A stretch of 64,000 nucleotides of DNA, taken from contig JAHIWG010000139.1 in assembly GCA_018816345.1 (NCBI GenBank), positions 15,769 through 79,768 of the forward strand. The letters run 5' to 3'. The DNA is from Spirochaetota bacterium. Its GTDB lineage: Bacteria; Spirochaetota; Spirochaetia; Treponematales; UBA12059. Under the pieces are notes generated by a model, which was not told where the DNA came from, did not search any database, and was given only the letters and a program-made list of their open reading frames with translations. The position numbers were made by a program, and so were the translations under genes. Positions 9,296 through 20,775 of this stretch are shown here, piece after piece; positions within the stretch are counted from its first letter, which is position 1, and each line of letters starts with the position of its first letter.

Positions 9296-10576
9296 ATGAC
9301 CAAGGATATAATCTCCGGGCTGGCGATCGCGGGCGGCATGGCCGCTATCGCCGCGGGCCGAGTGCCCGGGCTCCGTATGAACCGGGCCTCCATAGCGTTC
9401 TCGACGGCCGCCTTCCTCGTCGCGACGGGGGCGATCAGCCCGGGAGATGCGATCGCCGCCGTCGATACGGGTACTATCGCTCTCTTGCTATCGATGATGA
9501 TAATCGTTGGCGGAATACGCTCGTCGGGCCTCTTCGACCTGGTCGCCGCGAGGCTCTCGGGGCTTGCGGGCCGCCCGTTAGCCTTCCTAGCCGCGATTAT
9601 CACGGCGTCGGGACTCCTATCCGCCCTTTTCCTCAACGATACCGTATGCCTCGCCCTCGGGCCGGTCGTCGCCGAGGCTTGCCTCAGGGCCAGGCGCGAT
9701 CCGGTGCCCTACCTCGTCGCGACCGCGACCGCCGCCAACGTCGGCTCGGCCGCTACCATAATAGGCAATCCGCAGAACATCCTAATCGGCGCCAGGAGCG
9801 GCCTGTCGTTCGCCGATTTCACCCTTCGCCTAGGGCCGCCCGCGCTCCTGGGACTCGTAGCCTGCTGGACTGTGGTCGTCCTGGCCTTCCCTAAGGATTT
9901 CCTGCGCAGGGCCAGCGGCGTAGGCCTCCCCTCGCCGCCGGCCAGCGACGCGGCGCCCGACTCCCGGGCCGCGTGCGTAGGTCCGCTCGCTGCGGTTAGG
10001 ATAGACGTTCCCCTAGCGGCGAAAAGCCTCATAGCCAGCGTGGCGATGCTCGTCGGCTTCGTCTCCGGCGTCAACGTGATAGCCGCGGCGCTCGTGCCGG
10101 CGGCCTTCTTGCTCGCTTCGGCCCGGGCGGGCTCGGATCGCCAGTTCGCCGGCGTCGACTTCAACCTGCTCGTGCTCTTCGCCGGTCTATTCGTCATTAC
10201 CGACGCGGCCTCGCGGACGGCGGCCTTCGCGTGGCTCGAGCGGACCGTCCTTTCGGGCGCCGAGGCCTCTCCGTGGGCGTTCTCCGCCGCGACGGCGGCC
10301 GTCTCCAACGTCATCTCCAACGTGCCGGCGGTCATGGCGCTATCGCCTATCGTCATGCGGATGGGCGATCCCCGGAACGCTTGGCTCGTCCTCGCCATGG
10401 CCAGCACTTTCGCTGGCAACCTGACCCTCCTAGGCTCCGTCGCCAATCTCATAGTCGCCGAAGGCGCGGCTACGCGCGGGGTCAGGCTCGGCTTCTGGCC
10501 GTACCTCAAGGCCGGCTTGCCGATAACGGTCATCACCCTGGCGATAGGAGCGGCCTGGCTTAGCCCGGCCCCTTGA
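9296..10576 (+). CDS. Anion/ion transporter, ArsB/NhaD (CitMHS-like) permease superfamily
   Basis: Polytopic ORF of about 426 aa with the duplicated hairpin-type architecture typical of this superfamily (...ATIIGNPQNILI..., ...GNLTLLGSVANLIV...). The track start at 9287 lies inside the TATAAT box, so the ATG at 9296 is preferred. Confidence 0.7.
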   Translation: MTKDIISGLAIAGGMAAIAAGRVPGLRMNRASIAFSTAAFLVATGAISPGDAIAAVDTGTIALLLSMMIIVGGIRSSGLFDLVAARLSGLAGRPLAFLAAIITASGLLSALFLNDTVCLALGPVVAEACLRARRDPVPYLVATATAANVGSAATIIGNPQNILIGARSGLSFADFTLRLGPPALLGLVACWTVVVLAFPKDFLRRASGVGLPSPPASDAAPDSRAACVGPLAAVRIDVPLAAKSLIASVAMLVGFVSGVNVIAAALVPAAFLLASARAGSDRQFAGVDFNLLVLFAGLFVITDAASRTAAFAWLERTVLSGAEASPWAFSAATAAVSNVISNVPAVMALSPIVMRMGDPRNAWLVLAMASTFAGNLTLLGSVANLIVAEGAATRGVRLGFWPYLKAGLPITVITLAIGAAWLSPAP

Positions 10577-10627
10577 TCGCGGGAAAGGCGAGATGACAGC
10601 TTGACCCGACGGCTCCCTCGGACGTAT

Positions 10628-10726
10628 GGTGCTATCGCCGGGGTGGCGGTACGGTTCCGTAGGATCCAAAGCCGTCTGAGAACAGACCCGAAGAACCTGA
10701 ACTAGGTAATACTAGCGGAGGGAGCA
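10628..10726 (+). promoter_or_regulatory. TPP (THI-box) riboswitch
   Basis: The conserved elements appear in order: GGGGTG..., CTGAGA, ACCC, then AACCTGAACTAGGTAATACTAGCGGAGGGA. This matches the THI-box core (CUGAGA ... ACCUGAxCxGGxUAAUxCCxGCG). The 3' end overlaps the SD of the downstream gene. Confidence 0.85.
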
Positions 10727-10728
10727 CC

Positions 10729-11748
10729 ATGCTCAATCATTCCATCCTGGCGCGGAGGCTCGGCTTAGCCCTGCTCTGCGCTCTCGCCTCTCTCGGTTTT
10801 TCTTGCGTCCAGAAGGACGACTCCCAGCTCGTCGTCTACGCCTACGACTCTTTCGCCAGCGAATGGGGCCCCGCGCCCATCGTGATACCGGCCTTCGAGA
10901 AGGCTACCGGCATCAAGGTCGAGCTAGTCGTTCCGGGCGACGCGGGCCAGGTGCTCGCGAGGGCCATCGACGAGAAGGATGCCCCCGTAGCCGACGTCAT
11001 CGTAGGCATAGACGGCAATCTCCTGCCCAAGGCCCTGGCCGCGGGCGTCCTTTCGCCCTACGCGCCGAAGGGAAGGGAAACCGTCCCCGCCAGCCTCGTC
11101 CTAGACTCCCAGTGGCGGCTGACGCCGTACGACTGGAGCAGCTTCTGTATCATGTGGGATTCCGAGAAGCTAGCTAATCCGCCAGCGTCCCTCGAGGACC
11201 TTACGAAGCCGGAGTACGCCAGGAAGCTTATCCTCATGGACCCGCGCACCTCGACCCCGGGCCTCGGTTTCGTAGCGTGGACCGCGTCGGTCTACGGCTC
11301 CGGCCTATCCGAATACTGGAAGCGCCTCGAGCCGTCCATCCTGACTATGTCGCCCGGATGGGATACCGGCTACGGCCTTTTCACCTCGGGTGAGGCTCCC
11401 CTCGTCATCTCGTACACGACCAGCGCCGCTTACCACGCCGAGTACGAGACGGCGGGCCGCTATAAGGCGATAGAATTCGCAGAGGGCCATCCGGTGCAGG
11501 TCGAGGGCGCGGGCATCGTAGCCAAGGCCAGGCACCGGAAGGCCGCGGAGGCGTTCATCGACTTCATGCTGACGAGCGAATTCCAGTCCGCCCTGCCGAC
11601 CACCAACTGGATGTATCCGGCCGTAGACGGCGTCGGGCTTCCCGCTAGCTACGCGGCCTCGCCGAAGCCGGCCAAGACGCTGGCGTATGACCCCGCCGGG
11701 CTCGACGACGCCGTCGCCGCGGCCCTCGGCGCGCTCCGGGCGCGCTAG
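10729..11748 (+). CDS. thiB: Thiamine/TPP ABC transporter substrate-binding lipoprotein
   Basis: Signal peptide with lipobox (LGFSC) and a type II periplasmic binding-protein fold of the Fe3+/thiamine family. It lies directly downstream of the TPP riboswitch. Confidence 0.8.
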   Translation: MLNHSILARRLGLALLCALASLGFSCVQKDDSQLVVYAYDSFASEWGPAPIVIPAFEKATGIKVELVVPGDAGQVLARAIDEKDAPVADVIVGIDGNLLPKALAAGVLSPYAPKGRETVPASLVLDSQWRLTPYDWSSFCIMWDSEKLANPPASLEDLTKPEYARKLILMDPRTSTPGLGFVAWTASVYGSGLSEYWKRLEPSILTMSPGWDTGYGLFTSGEAPLVISYTTSAAYHAEYETAGRYKAIEFAEGHPVQVEGAGIVAKARHRKAAEAFIDFMLTSEFQSALPTTNWMYPAVDGVGLPASYAASPKPAKTLAYDPAGLDDAVAAALGALRAR

Positions 11749-11753
11749 ACCCC

Positions 11754-13367
11754 GTGAACCTCCCCCGAGCCGGCAGAGCGCCGGGCCTGGGCGCCGTACT
11801 GTTCCCGGCGTTCGGCCTGCTCCTCGCTATCCCGCTCGCGGGAGCCTTCGCGCCCATTCTCGATGGCGGCGCCGCCCGTAACCTTGCGCGGGCCTTCTCC
11901 GACCCTCGCTTCGCGCGCTCGTTCGGCTACGGCGTATCCCAGGCTGCGGCGAGCGCCGTCCTGGCCGCCCTCGTCGGCATCCCGGGCGCCTTCCTCCTCG
12001 CGAAGCGCCGATTCCCCGGCAAGCGCTTCCTATCGGCCCTGTCGGCGGTCCCGTTCTGCGTCCCTCCGCTCATCATCGCCATAGGCTTCGTGCTGTACTA
12101 CGGGCAAGAAGGAGCCCTGAACCGCGCGCTCGTCTCGGCCTTCGGGCTTTCCGAGCCGCCCTTACGGTTCCTCTACTCGTTCTGGGGGGTAGTCGCGGCC
12201 CACGGCTTCTACAACTTCCCCGTCGTGATGCGCTTCGTCGCTGACGCCTGGGCCGGGTCTCCCAAGCGCCACGAGGACGCGGCGAGGCTCCTGGGCGCGT
12301 CCGAGCCCCGCGTCTTCCTCACGGTCACCCTGCCTTCCATCCTGCCTTCGCTGGGCGCGGCTATGTCGCTGGTATTCCTCATGTGCTTCTACAGTTTCGT
12401 CATAGTGCTCCTGTTCGGGGGCCCGGGCGTCGGGACGCCTGAGGTGGAGCTGTACAGGGCCGCCCGCTTCGAGTTCGACAGGCCCCTGGCCAGTTCCTTC
12501 GCGCTCGTGGAGACGATAGTCGCGATGTCGGCCCTCGCGGCGTACGGCGCCTTCGAGCGGCGCGCCGCCGGCGATCGCCGCGACTCGGAGCGCGGCCCCT
12601 CCACCGGCTTCCGGACCGTCCGGGGCGCGCTGGCGGCGGCCCTCTACGGCGCGATCCTGCTCGTCTGCTTCGTCGGGCCGCTCGCGGCCATAGTAGCCGA
12701 GTCTCTGACTATCCGTACGGCGTCACGGGGCGCGTGGGGCTTCGGGCTCGGCAACTACGCGTCGCTGCTCTCGCGACGCGGTTTCGGCGTCGCCGTCGTC
12801 AACACCGCGGCCTTGGGCCTCGCTAGCGCCACGCTGGCCTCGGCGACGGGCTTCGCCCTCTCCATCGGCCTGAAGCGGACGAGGTCCCCGATACTGTCGA
12901 AGGTCTTGCCGCTCCTGCCGCTCGGCGTCTCCAGCGTCGTGCTGGCGTACGGGTGGAGCGCCGCGCTCGGCCGGCCGTCGGTCTTCGCGCTGGCCGCGGT
13001 ACAGGCGGTATCGGCCTACCCGTTCGCGCTCCGCGCCATTCAGTCGTCGGTCGGGCTCTCCGACGAGCGCTACGCGGACGCGGCGAGGAGCCTGGGCTCC
13101 TCGCCGCTCGGGGCGACGCTCCGCGTCAGGCTCCCTATCGCCGCGCCCTCGATCGCGTCGGGCTTCGCCCTCGCCTTCGCGATGAGCGCCGGCGACGCCA
13201 ACGCGATGATCGCGGCGCCGGTCGGCGGCTTCGAGACCCTGGCCCTCCTGCTCTATAGGCTCGCCGGCGCGTACCGGCTTAACGAGGCGTGCGCGGCGGC
13301 GGTCCTCCTGGCGATGGCCACCGGCTTCATCTTCTTCCTAAAGGACGCTCGAGATGGTCTCTCTTGA
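11754..13367 (+). CDS. thiP: Thiamine ABC transporter permease (fused two-domain)
   Basis: 537-aa ORF with two tandem MetI-like transmembrane domains. Its GTG start lies 5 nt after the thiB stop. Confidence 0.8.
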   Translation: MNLPRAGRAPGLGAVLFPAFGLLLAIPLAGAFAPILDGGAARNLARAFSDPRFARSFGYGVSQAAASAVLAALVGIPGAFLLAKRRFPGKRFLSALSAVPFCVPPLIIAIGFVLYYGQEGALNRALVSAFGLSEPPLRFLYSFWGVVAAHGFYNFPVVMRFVADAWAGSPKRHEDAARLLGASEPRVFLTVTLPSILPSLGAAMSLVFLMCFYSFVIVLLFGGPGVGTPEVELYRAARFEFDRPLASSFALVETIVAMSALAAYGAFERRAAGDRRDSERGPSTGFRTVRGALAAALYGAILLVCFVGPLAAIVAESLTIRTASRGAWGFGLGNYASLLSRRGFGVAVVNTAALGLASATLASATGFALSIGLKRTRSPILSKVLPLLPLGVSSVVLAYGWSAALGRPSVFALAAVQAVSAYPFALRAIQSSVGLSDERYADAARSLGSSPLGATLRVRLPIAAPSIASGFALAFAMSAGDANAMIAAPVGGFETLALLLYRLAGAYRLNEACAAAVLLAMATGFIFFLKDARDGLS

Positions 13368-14395
13368 ACTGCGGGGATTGCGCAAGGCCTGGCCGAGCGC
13401 GACGATAGACGTCTCGCTCGTAGCCCCGGCCGGCTCCATACTGGCCGTGGCGGGCCCCTCGGGCTGCGGTAAGAGCACCATGCTACGCATGGCCGCCGGG
13501 CTCGTCCGACCGGACGGAGGCCGCGTCGCGGTAGGCGGTACCGACGTCACGGCCGCCGAGCCCAGGGATCGCGGTATCGGCATGGTATTCCAGGATTACG
13601 CCCTGTTCCCCCACCTGGACGTCGGAGGCAACGTAGCGTACGGGCTACGCCCCCTGCGACTCGGCCGCGCGGAAACGGCGAGGAGAGTCGCGAGGCTCCT
13701 GGCCGCCGTCGACCTCGACGGCTTCGAGAGGAGAAGGCCCCACGAGCTCTCGGGAGGCGAGCGGCAGAGAGTCGCCTTGGCCCGGACCCTGGCCGTCGAG
13801 CCCTCGGTCGTGCTATTCGACGAGCCGCTCTCGTCGCTGGACGCCTCGCTGAGGAAGCGCCTCAGGGCCGATATCGTGGACGAGCAGCGGAGGCTCGGCT
13901 TTACCGCCGTGTACGTGACGCACGACCTGGAGGAAGCCATGGCTATAGGCGATACGCTCGCCGTCATGGTCGGAGGCGAGGTCCTCCAATGCGACGCCCC
14001 GAGCGAGGTCTGGGCGCGGCCGTCGAGCGTAGAGGTGGCTCTTTTCATGGGCAGCGGTCCCTGCCTGCCGATACGGCGGCTAGAGCGCGAGGGCGGAACG
14101 TTATGGGCGCGCACGTCGGGAGGCCGGTTCCCTATGCCGGAGGGCCCGGAACCCGATCTTGCCTCGGCTCCGGTCGTCTTCTTCGAGCGATCGGCGGCCG
14201 GACCGGGCGGCGGGACGACGGGAGCGGAAGGCTCGTTCGAGGCCCGATGCGTGCGGGCCGATTTCGCCGGCGACGCGGTGGATTGCCTCATGGACTCCGC
14301 GGGGGATCGTTTCACGCTCCGTTTCCGCCGCGGGGAGGCGCCTATGGAAGGCGGGGAAGCCAGCTACTCGGTGCCCCGGGGCGGCCTCGGCGTCG

Positions 14396-14421
<26 letters not shown>
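13354..14421 (+). CDS. thiQ: ABC transporter ATP-binding protein with C-terminal extra domain
   Basis: Walker A GPSGCGKST, signature LSGGERQRVALAR and Walker B VVLFDEP. The C-terminal extension of about 120 aa resembles PotA/FbpC-type ATPases. It overlaps the thiP end by 14 nt. Confidence 0.75.
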
Positions 14422-15778
<1,357 letters not shown>

Positions 15779-15839
15779 TACATGCTCCGGCAATCGATTT
15801 CGTATGGCTATTCGCTAGATAGCATCTATAATGTACCCT

Positions 15840-16688
15840 ATGGGCGCCTTAGGAGCAAACAGGACCGTTCGCGACGCGATAGTCGCCGGCATTTTCTATC
15901 CGGACGACGCGGCAGGGCTGATCGACGCGGTCGACGACGCCCTTTGCGCCGCGTTAGGTCCCGACTCGCGGAACGAGCCGACGCGGCCCATCGCTATCGT
16001 ATCCCCTCACGCCGCGTTCGAATACGCCTGCGACGTTCAGGCGGCGGCCTGGGCCAGCGCGGCGAGGGGACCGGTCGACAGGGTCGTCATCGTCGCGCCG
16101 CTTAGGCGCCGAGGAGAATCGGCCGCGTATCTCCCGGAATCGGACGCCTTCAGGACCCCTCTCGGCGATATAGAGGTCGATACGGGAGCCTGCGCCGACT
16201 TGGAGTCATGCAACACACTGTTCTCGTGCAACGACATCCCGCACCTGGAGAGCCATGCCATCGAGGTTCAGCTACCGTTCATGCGACGCTTGTTTCCCGA
16301 GGCGCTCCTCGTGCCCATCCTCGTGGCCGACGATTCGATCCTCGCCTCTGGTGTGGCCCGCGCCATCGACTTAGTGCTCGGCGACGACTTCGACCGCACG
16401 CTGCTGGTCGCGTCCGCGAACCTCGCTTCCTCGATAGTCGCCGCGGACGCGGCCAGGCGATCCGACGACGCCCTCGCGATGATGCAGGCGCTCGCGTGGC
16501 GGGACCTTGCCGAGCGCAGCGATATCGCCGGGGCTACCGCGGTATCGTCGGTAATGGCCGTCGGATCGATGCGCGGCGCGCGGTACCGCCTGATTAAAAG
16601 GATAGACTCGCTTCGCCACGGCTCGCCGGCCGCGGAGCGGATAGTCAACTACGCCGCGGTCTCGTGGTATCCGGGAGCCGGCTCATGA
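15840..16688 (+). CDS. amrB: AmmeMemoRadiSam system protein B (Memo-like)
   Basis: AGIFYPDD...IVSPHAAFEYACDV...HAIEVQLPFM matches the Memo family. It overlaps the AMMECR1 gene. The start is either ATG 15840 (leaderless register) or ATG 15831. Confidence 0.8.
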   Translation: MGALGANRTVRDAIVAGIFYPDDAAGLIDAVDDALCAALGPDSRNEPTRPIAIVSPHAAFEYACDVQAAAWASAARGPVDRVVIVAPLRRRGESAAYLPESDAFRTPLGDIEVDTGACADLESCNTLFSCNDIPHLESHAIEVQLPFMRRLFPEALLVPILVADDSILASGVARAIDLVLGDDFDRTLLVASANLASSIVAADAARRSDDALAMMQALAWRDLAERSDIAGATAVSSVMAVGSMRGARYRLIKRIDSLRHGSPAAERIVNYAAVSWYPGAGS

Positions 16689-17251
16689 GCATTGAACTGA
16701 GCGCCGAGGTCCGCGAGTCCTTGATACTGACCGCTCGCGAGGCTATCGCTTCTCGCCTCGAAGGCCGCGCCCCGCGCTGGCCGGCTTACGGCGAGGCCGC
16801 CGCGTCGCCGCTCGGAGCGTTCGTCACGCTCCATAAGCTCTCCGCGCACGGACGCAGGCTCCTGCGGGGCTGCATAGGCCGGATGAGCTCCGAGCTCGCG
16901 CTCAGCGATACGATACGCGCCATGGCGATCTCCGCCGCGTTCGAGGATCCCAGGTTCCCTCCCGTAACCGACGGAGAGCTCGAGGCGATCGATATAGAGA
17001 TATCGGTACTCACTCCGATGGAGCGATGCGCGCCGGAGGACGTGACGCCCGGTCTCCACGGCGTCTACCTGAAGCGGGAGTATCGATCCGGCGTGTTCTT
17101 GCCTCAGGTGGCGACTGAGCAAGGCTGGGACAGGGAGACGCTGCTGGAGCAGCTATGCGTCAAGGCGGGCCTCGAGGCGGGCTCCTACGCCGCGCCGGAC
17201 GCCAAGCTGTATCGATTCAGCGCTATAGTCTTCGGGGAGCTGGAGCCGTGA
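16685..17251 (+). CDS. amrA: AmmeMemoRadiSam system protein A (AMMECR1 domain)
   Basis: Hallmarks GAFVTLHK...LRGCIG...FEDPRFPPV...GVFLPQV. It forms an ATGA start/stop overlap with the upstream gene. An alternative GTG start lies at 16664. Confidence 0.85.
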   Translation: MSIELSAEVRESLILTAREAIASRLEGRAPRWPAYGEAAASPLGAFVTLHKLSAHGRRLLRGCIGRMSSELALSDTIRAMAISAAFEDPRFPPVTDGELEAIDIEISVLTPMERCAPEDVTPGLHGVYLKREYRSGVFLPQVATEQGWDRETLLEQLCVKAGLEAGSYAAPDAKLYRFSAIVFGELEP

Positions 17252-18449
17252 TCGCGGACCCCGCCACCGTAACGCGCCCGGCCCGCTCGTCGACGTCGAG
17301 GGTAACCGCGCCGGCTACGCCTCTGGCGGGGCCGTAGCCGGCCACGAGCTCCTCGAGGGACAGCCTCTGAGAAGGATACGCGGGGAATAACGATTCGGTA
17401 GCCGCGTACGCTATCCCGTCGGGCATCCCGTCGGAGCCGAATATCAGGTCGGCTCCAGGCGCGTAGCCTACTTCGTCGATGAGCATCCTGAACGGATTGT
17501 TCCTACGTAGGTACTCGCCGCTGAGCCGGTCTACGTAATCCTTGGAATCGCTGGAGAAGTTAGGCTGCATGGAAAGCGTCGCTCCTAGATCGCGAGCCCG
17601 GCTCGCCTGAGCCTTGTCGATGAACTGAACGTGCTCGAGCCTGACCGCATCGAAACGCGCGCCGCGGCGAACAGCCTCGGTTACGCAGGCAAGCGCCTGC
17701 TCTATGGCGAGCTCGCCGATGGCGTGCATCGATACGCCCGTCCCGTAGGCGCCTATCCGCTCGAGGATAGTAACGAGCTCCGCGTCCGAATAGGTGAACA
17801 TCGCCTTTCCGGCCCCTATCCAAGGCCCCGCTATGGCAGCGCTCCTCGCTCCGACGGCTCCGTCTAGATATAGCTTTATTCCTGACAGTCGAGCACGCCT
17901 CGGGGTGTCCAGTTCTTCATACAGGGCGGGGGATACCCAGGGCCTTATCCTATCCGAAAACGTGGAGGAGGTGCATATATCGACTGCTTCCTTCGTAGGT
18001 ACCGTCATCTCGTCGCTGGAACCGATGCCGAGGGGCACGAGCGCGTCGATATAAGCGCGGAGCCTCCTCTCGTCGATCCCCGTCAGTCCGCAGTACGCCG
18101 CGAAGATCGCCGGGACGTTAGCCTCGCACCAGGCTTGATCGTTCCTACGGAGAGCGACCTCCGGGACGACCCTTTCCACGAACGGAATACCCTCGTCGCT
18201 TACTACGAAGCCGTGCAGGCTGAAATTTATGAGGAGGATAGGAGGCAGTTCCCTAAGCGCCGACGCGTCCAACGGCAGCTCGAACGACTTCCACCCCCTG
18301 ACTACCGTCAGTCGTTCGCGCGGCAGGGCTCTCAGTATGGCTAACGCCTCGGCGGCGCTGGCCTTGGAGATATCGACGCATGCCGAGAAGGCGGCGTAGA
18401 GAGCGACGTGGTTATGGTTGTCATGAAGGAGCGGGATCGTGGTCTGCAT
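17223..18449 (-). CDS. Amidohydrolase-family metal-dependent hydrolase (YtcJ-like)
   Basis: N-terminal HDNHNH metal motif, internal ...KLYLDGAVGARSA... and C-terminal ...FGSDGMP... The 3' end overlaps amrA convergently by 29 nt. Confidence 0.75.
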   Translation of the reverse strand: MQTTIPLLHDNHNHVALYAAFSACVDISKASAAEALAILRALPRERLTVVRGWKSFELPLDASALRELPPILLINFSLHGFVVSDEGIPFVERVVPEVALRRNDQAWCEANVPAIFAAYCGLTGIDERRLRAYIDALVPLGIGSSDEMTVPTKEAVDICTSSTFSDRIRPWVSPALYEELDTPRRARLSGIKLYLDGAVGARSAAIAGPWIGAGKAMFTYSDAELVTILERIGAYGTGVSMHAIGELAIEQALACVTEAVRRGARFDAVRLEHVQFIDKAQASRARDLGATLSMQPNFSSDSKDYVDRLSGEYLRRNNPFRMLIDEVGYAPGADLIFGSDGMPDGIAYAATESLFPAYPSQRLSLEELVAGYGPARGVAGAVTLDVDERAGRVTVAGSAITAPAPRRL

Positions 18450-18619
18450 GCCTGTACGATATCCGCGAGGCTCGTCCTTGGCAAGGGAGCCCCAGATTCT
18501 TTCGACGGACTGTCGCCGGGGAGATAGTGGGCGATAATAAGTCGATATATTTTTATTATTGACATCCTCATTCGCCGCTACTGAGGCCGAGGATCGATCC
18601 TAAGCGCCGGAGCCTAGCC

Positions 18620-20713
18620 TTGAACTATCACGCATCCAGAAGGACCAGCTTGCGCTGGCGCATAGTCTCCCTGTTCTCCCTTACCGCGGCGACGATACTC
18701 GCCGGCTTCTCCCTATTGGGATACGCGGGCTCGTATAGGCGGCTAGAGGCGGCGATAGCTTCCGAGCTTAAGGCCGAGGCCGACCTCGCCGTCGACGAGA
18801 CTAACGCGTGGTTCCAGGAGCGGATGATAGCCCTTGACGCGCTCGGCTCCTACCTTTCGACGCCCGGAACGCTCGAGGCCATGCTCCTGGGTGGGACCGA
18901 CGAGAATCCTTACCTCAAGACTTTCATAGGAAGCCACGGGCTCGATCCCTACGTGGGGCTCCCTGACCATCCGCCCGTCTCCGGGCGCGATTTCCCCGAG
19001 CCGCCCGGATACGTCGCCTCGAAGCGGCCTTGGTACGCGAAGGCGCTGGAGCGAGGCGCCCTATCGTTCTCCGATTATTACATCGATTCCGAGACCAAGG
19101 ACCTGACTACGACGCTCGTCGTGCCTATACGAGGAACCGGCGGCGGAATCGAGGCCGTGCTAGCCACCGACCTGAGGCTCGCCGTGCTCCTCGAGCGGCT
19201 CTACTCGGTAGACGTGGCCGGCGGATCCGTCGTCATGATAGACCGCGCCGGTAAGATACTCGCGCACGCGGATAAGAAGCTGATCAACATGAACGCCGCC
19301 GACGGGGCGTTCAAGGATCCCGTATCGATAATGCTCCGGGATAGGAACGGCACGGCGAAATTCTTCGAGGGGTCCCGAGAGAAGCTCATGGTCTTCCGTG
19401 AGATCAAGGCGACCGGCTGGATTCTCGGCTTCTGGATAGACAAGGGGACGACGTTCGCTCCGCTCGCTGCGGTCGGCATCCAATACGCGGCCTTCTCGCT
19501 GATCGCGATCGCCGTCTTCGGCCTCGTCTCGATACTGATCGCGGGCTCTATAACGAGGCGCGTCCGGTTCGTGTCCGATTCGCTGTACGGAATATCCCAG
19601 GGCGAAGGAGACCTGACCGCCACGGTAGCGCATAGCGGACGCGACGAGCTAGGAACGCTCTCTGATAACTTCAACCGCTTCGTCGGGAAGATAAGGACCC
19701 TCGTAGCGGAGATAAAGGAGAGCGCCTCGGACACGTCCGAGCGCGCGCTGGATCTGTCGTCCAATACGGAGGAAGTCGGGGCGGCCATAGAGCAGATAAA
19801 CGCGAACCTCGGCTCGATCGAGGCACAGGTCGGCGCCCTGTACGAGAGCCTCGAGAGCAACGCTCGGTCGTCCGCCTTGATATCCGATTACGTCAAGGAT
19901 TTCGACGGCCGCATGGACGCCCAATCGTCGATGGTCGAGAGAACGACGTCGGCGATAGGCCAGATGAACGCCTCGATATCGAACGTCAGCGAGCTCAGCC
20001 AGGATAAGCTCCGGACGGCGAGGGACCTCATGGCGAAGACGAGGGACGGCGGCGCCATGCTCGAGGAGACGATAGGATCGTTCAAGAGCGGAGTCGTCGG
20101 GCGACTGCACTCGATCAGGGAGATTACCCAGCTGATCAAGGGCATATCGTCCCGTATAGACCTGCTGTCGATGAACGCGGCTATCGAGGCCGCTCACGCG
20201 GGCGACGCCGGCAGGGGCTTCTCCGTGGTCGCCGACGAGATCAGGAAACTGGCCGAGTCGTCATCCTCGAGCGTAAAGAGCATCGAAGCGACCATCAAGG
20301 AGATAGACGCCTCCGCGAACGATACCGCCGCGGCCGCCGACAGGACCGCGCGGTCGTTCGAGGAGATAAACGCTTCGGTAGCCGGCATCTCGATCGCCCT
20401 GAGCGAGATAGCGGAGAGTACGAGCGAGCTGCTCGAAGGGAGCGGCCATATCATGGAATCCGCGGCGGTGCTGAAAGGCATTACCGCCGAGGTCAAGGGA
20501 GGTTCCGTCAATATCAGGGCCCAGATCCAGGCGATGGATCGAGGCGTAGAGCTGGCCGGGTCAATTTCCGATTCGGTGAAGGGCGGCATACGGGAAGCGG
20601 TCGCCGGCTCTCAGGAGATAGTACGGTCCTCGTCGCGCATAAGCGCCATCGTGGGGGAGCTTCAAGAGAGCGCGCGGCTATCGGCCGCGGAGCTAGGGCG
20701 CTTCAAGACCTGA
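18620..20713 (+). CDS. Methyl-accepting chemotaxis protein with periplasmic Cache-type sensor and HAMP
   Basis: TM1, a periplasmic domain of about 270 aa, TM2, HAMP, and the signalling domain with [37 protein letters not shown] start with GGAG 9 nt upstream. Confidence 0.9.
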   Translation: MNYHASRRTSLRWRIVSLFSLTAATILAGFSLLGYAGSYRRLEAAIASELKAEADLAVDETNAWFQERMIALDALGSYLSTPGTLEAMLLGGTDENPYLKTFIGSHGLDPYVGLPDHPPVSGRDFPEPPGYVASKRPWYAKALERGALSFSDYYIDSETKDLTTTLVVPIRGTGGGIEAVLATDLRLAVLLERLYSVDVAGGSVVMIDRAGKILAHADKKLINMNAADGAFKDPVSIMLRDRNGTAKFFEGSREKLMVFREIKATGWILGFWIDKGTTFAPLAAVGIQYAAFSLIAIAVFGLVSILIAGSITRRVRFVSDSLYGISQGEGDLTATVAHSGRDELGTLSDNFNRFVGKIRTLVAEIKESASDTSERALDLSSNTEEVGAAIEQINANLGSIEAQVGALYESLESNARSSALISDYVKDFDGRMDAQSSMVERTTSAIGQMNASISNVSELSQDKLRTARDLMAKTRDGGAMLEETIGSFKSGVVGRLHSIREITQLIKGISSRIDLLSMNAAIEAAHAGDAGRGFSVVADEIRKLAESSSSSVKSIEATIKEIDASANDTAAAADRTARSFEEINASVAGISIALSEIAESTSELLEGSGHIMESAAVLKGITAEVKGGSVNIRAQIQAMDRGVELAGSISDSVKGGIREAVAGSQEIVRSSSRISAIVGELQESARLSAAELGRFKT

Positions 20714-20775
20714 GCGGCCGGATTTATTCCGACACTCGTTGTGATTTTATAATATTTTTATGATATCCTCATACC

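Noticed and set aside
18527-18534. GCGATAA resembling the sigma-28 (FliA) -10 element upstream of the first MCP
   Set aside because: No TAAA-type -35 element lies at the required distance of about 15 nt, and the second MCP has no counterpart.
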